Source: Macrostomum lignano (lineage: Eukaryota). From it: a DNA stretch of 64,000 nt. The translations under genes and the position numbers were made by a program. The stretch is taken from contig NIVC01001088.1 in the NCBI GenBank assembly GCA_002269645.1, positions 10,019 to 74,018 of the forward strand. The letters are read 5' to 3'. The notes below the pieces were generated by a model. That model worked only from the letters and a program-made list of their open reading frames with translations, ran no database searches and was not told the origin of the DNA. Shown piece by piece: positions 62,857 to 64,000 of the stretch (within the stretch, counting starts at the first letter, position 1; every line of letters begins with the position of its first letter).

Positions 62857-64000
62857 TCAAATAATACTTCATGTTGATATTTACCTTTATTTATCTACTC
62901 TTCATCAAGCGAGCCACTTTACCTGATTAGTAGTTAGTTTTTCGAGCAAAAAATCGTTTTTTATGAAGTCTGTGTCGGTAATGTATTAGATAGATAATTG
63001 TGTCTGTATTGTATACAACAGTATTATATACAATTGTATTCTTTTTATCGTATTTATTGGCTATTTGTTGTAGTGCCATTTTGCCATAGTGGTTCACATT
63101 TTAATTAGGTTTATCTGTGTACGTGTAAGTGTAACGTTTAGCTGCAGGCTAGGCCCATTTTTTAGGCCTACAAGTACAACTGTGAACTGTTAGCCTAACT
63201 AGAGGGCATACATCATATTATATTAGGCATAGGTCTACTTTGAATGTTACTGTGTAAATTAATTGTGCCTTCCAAGTTCCTTGGGACCTTGCTGCCTATC
63301 TTTATTTTAAATTTCAAGGACCTATCGTCCTTAGACTAGGCTAGGTCCATAGTCAGGTCAGGATTGTGACATAACATAGGCCCTTAGCTTTTGAGAGTGC
63401 AGATAGGCCTAAAGTCTCTCAATCTTTGCAAGTGTCACAATTTAGCTATGCCACTACAGATTCAAGTTAAAGAAAAATAGGGGTAGTAAGCCTAGTGTAC
63501 AAGATTGGACATATTAAAAGGCAAAGTTAGGTATTGGGCTACCCCAATTAGTTTTTTACCTTTGTTCAGAATTCCAAAAATTATCTCATTGGCATACAAG
63601 TATAAAGTAGCAACTTTAAATGTTGCTAAATAGGCCTTATATCAATTGCCTAGGAATATATTTAAAACCAAAAAACTTTCTACCTCAATAGGCCTTATAG
63701 CTATACCAAAACTCAGTTACTCAGACTCAAAATCTGCCCCAATGTGGCAATGTCTAATTCCTTAAAACTCAGACTCAAAATCTAACTTTAGATATCCTAA
63801 AATAGGCCTAGTCCTCTATTCCTAAATCATAGGCCTATATAAATACAAAAAGGTTCTAGTAGTATAGGCTACAACAGACCTAAAAATGGTTAGTAAATGT
63901 GCAGGGCCCCTCCCAATTTCTTTATAAAATAGTCACTGTTTAGTCAATTTGAATTCACGCCAAAACTAAGAAACATATTTTATTTTAATACTCATATTTT

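Larger units (their letters stand above)
61431..62892 (-). mobile_element. Penelope-like element 3' fragment (RT thumb + GIY-YIG endonuclease + pseudo-LTR) with an inverted partial copy
   Basis: Minus strand: NGYPKN..LPYFG..VVFRT..GVVYKFVC..YIGKTKRHLYTRVREH..LEALYIKTKQPTLN. Segment 61431-61962 recurs inverted at 62359-62892. Confidence 0.9.

Overview
Eukaryotic (animal) genomic DNA, not prokaryotic: it has spliceosomal introns, GC-rich exons and a different tandem repeat filling almost every large intron. The style suggests a flatworm such as Macrostomum lignano (inference, not verified). Genes: GTF2H4/TFIIH p52 (+, 5 exons), RNF168/169-family E3 ligase (+), an atypical RhoU/RhoV-like GTPase (+), synaptotagmin-12-like (+, 7 exons), an EGF/uromodulin-like/VWD (VWDE-like) surface protein (+, one frameshift), a damaged CAP/SCP gene (-), an orphan tryptophan-heptad coiled-coil ORF (+) and a WSC + PAN-like secreted protein (-, one frameshift). 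Mobile DNA: a CpG-eroded non-LTR RT relic, a mariner with intact TIRs and TA TSD, a LOA/R1-type LINE with a 16-bp TSD inserted in an LTR-like promoter, a hAT MITE, tRNA-derived SINEs (one with TSD, one CORE-type) and a fold-back Penelope-like element with two hammerhead ribozyme motifs. Top leads are the Trp-zipper orphan, the Rho GTPase with natural G12S/Q61L-equivalent residues, the inverted Penelope/hammerhead hairpin, and sharply bounded CpG-depleted blocks with their own palindrome signature. All counts and alignments were done by eye; repeat boundaries are approximate.
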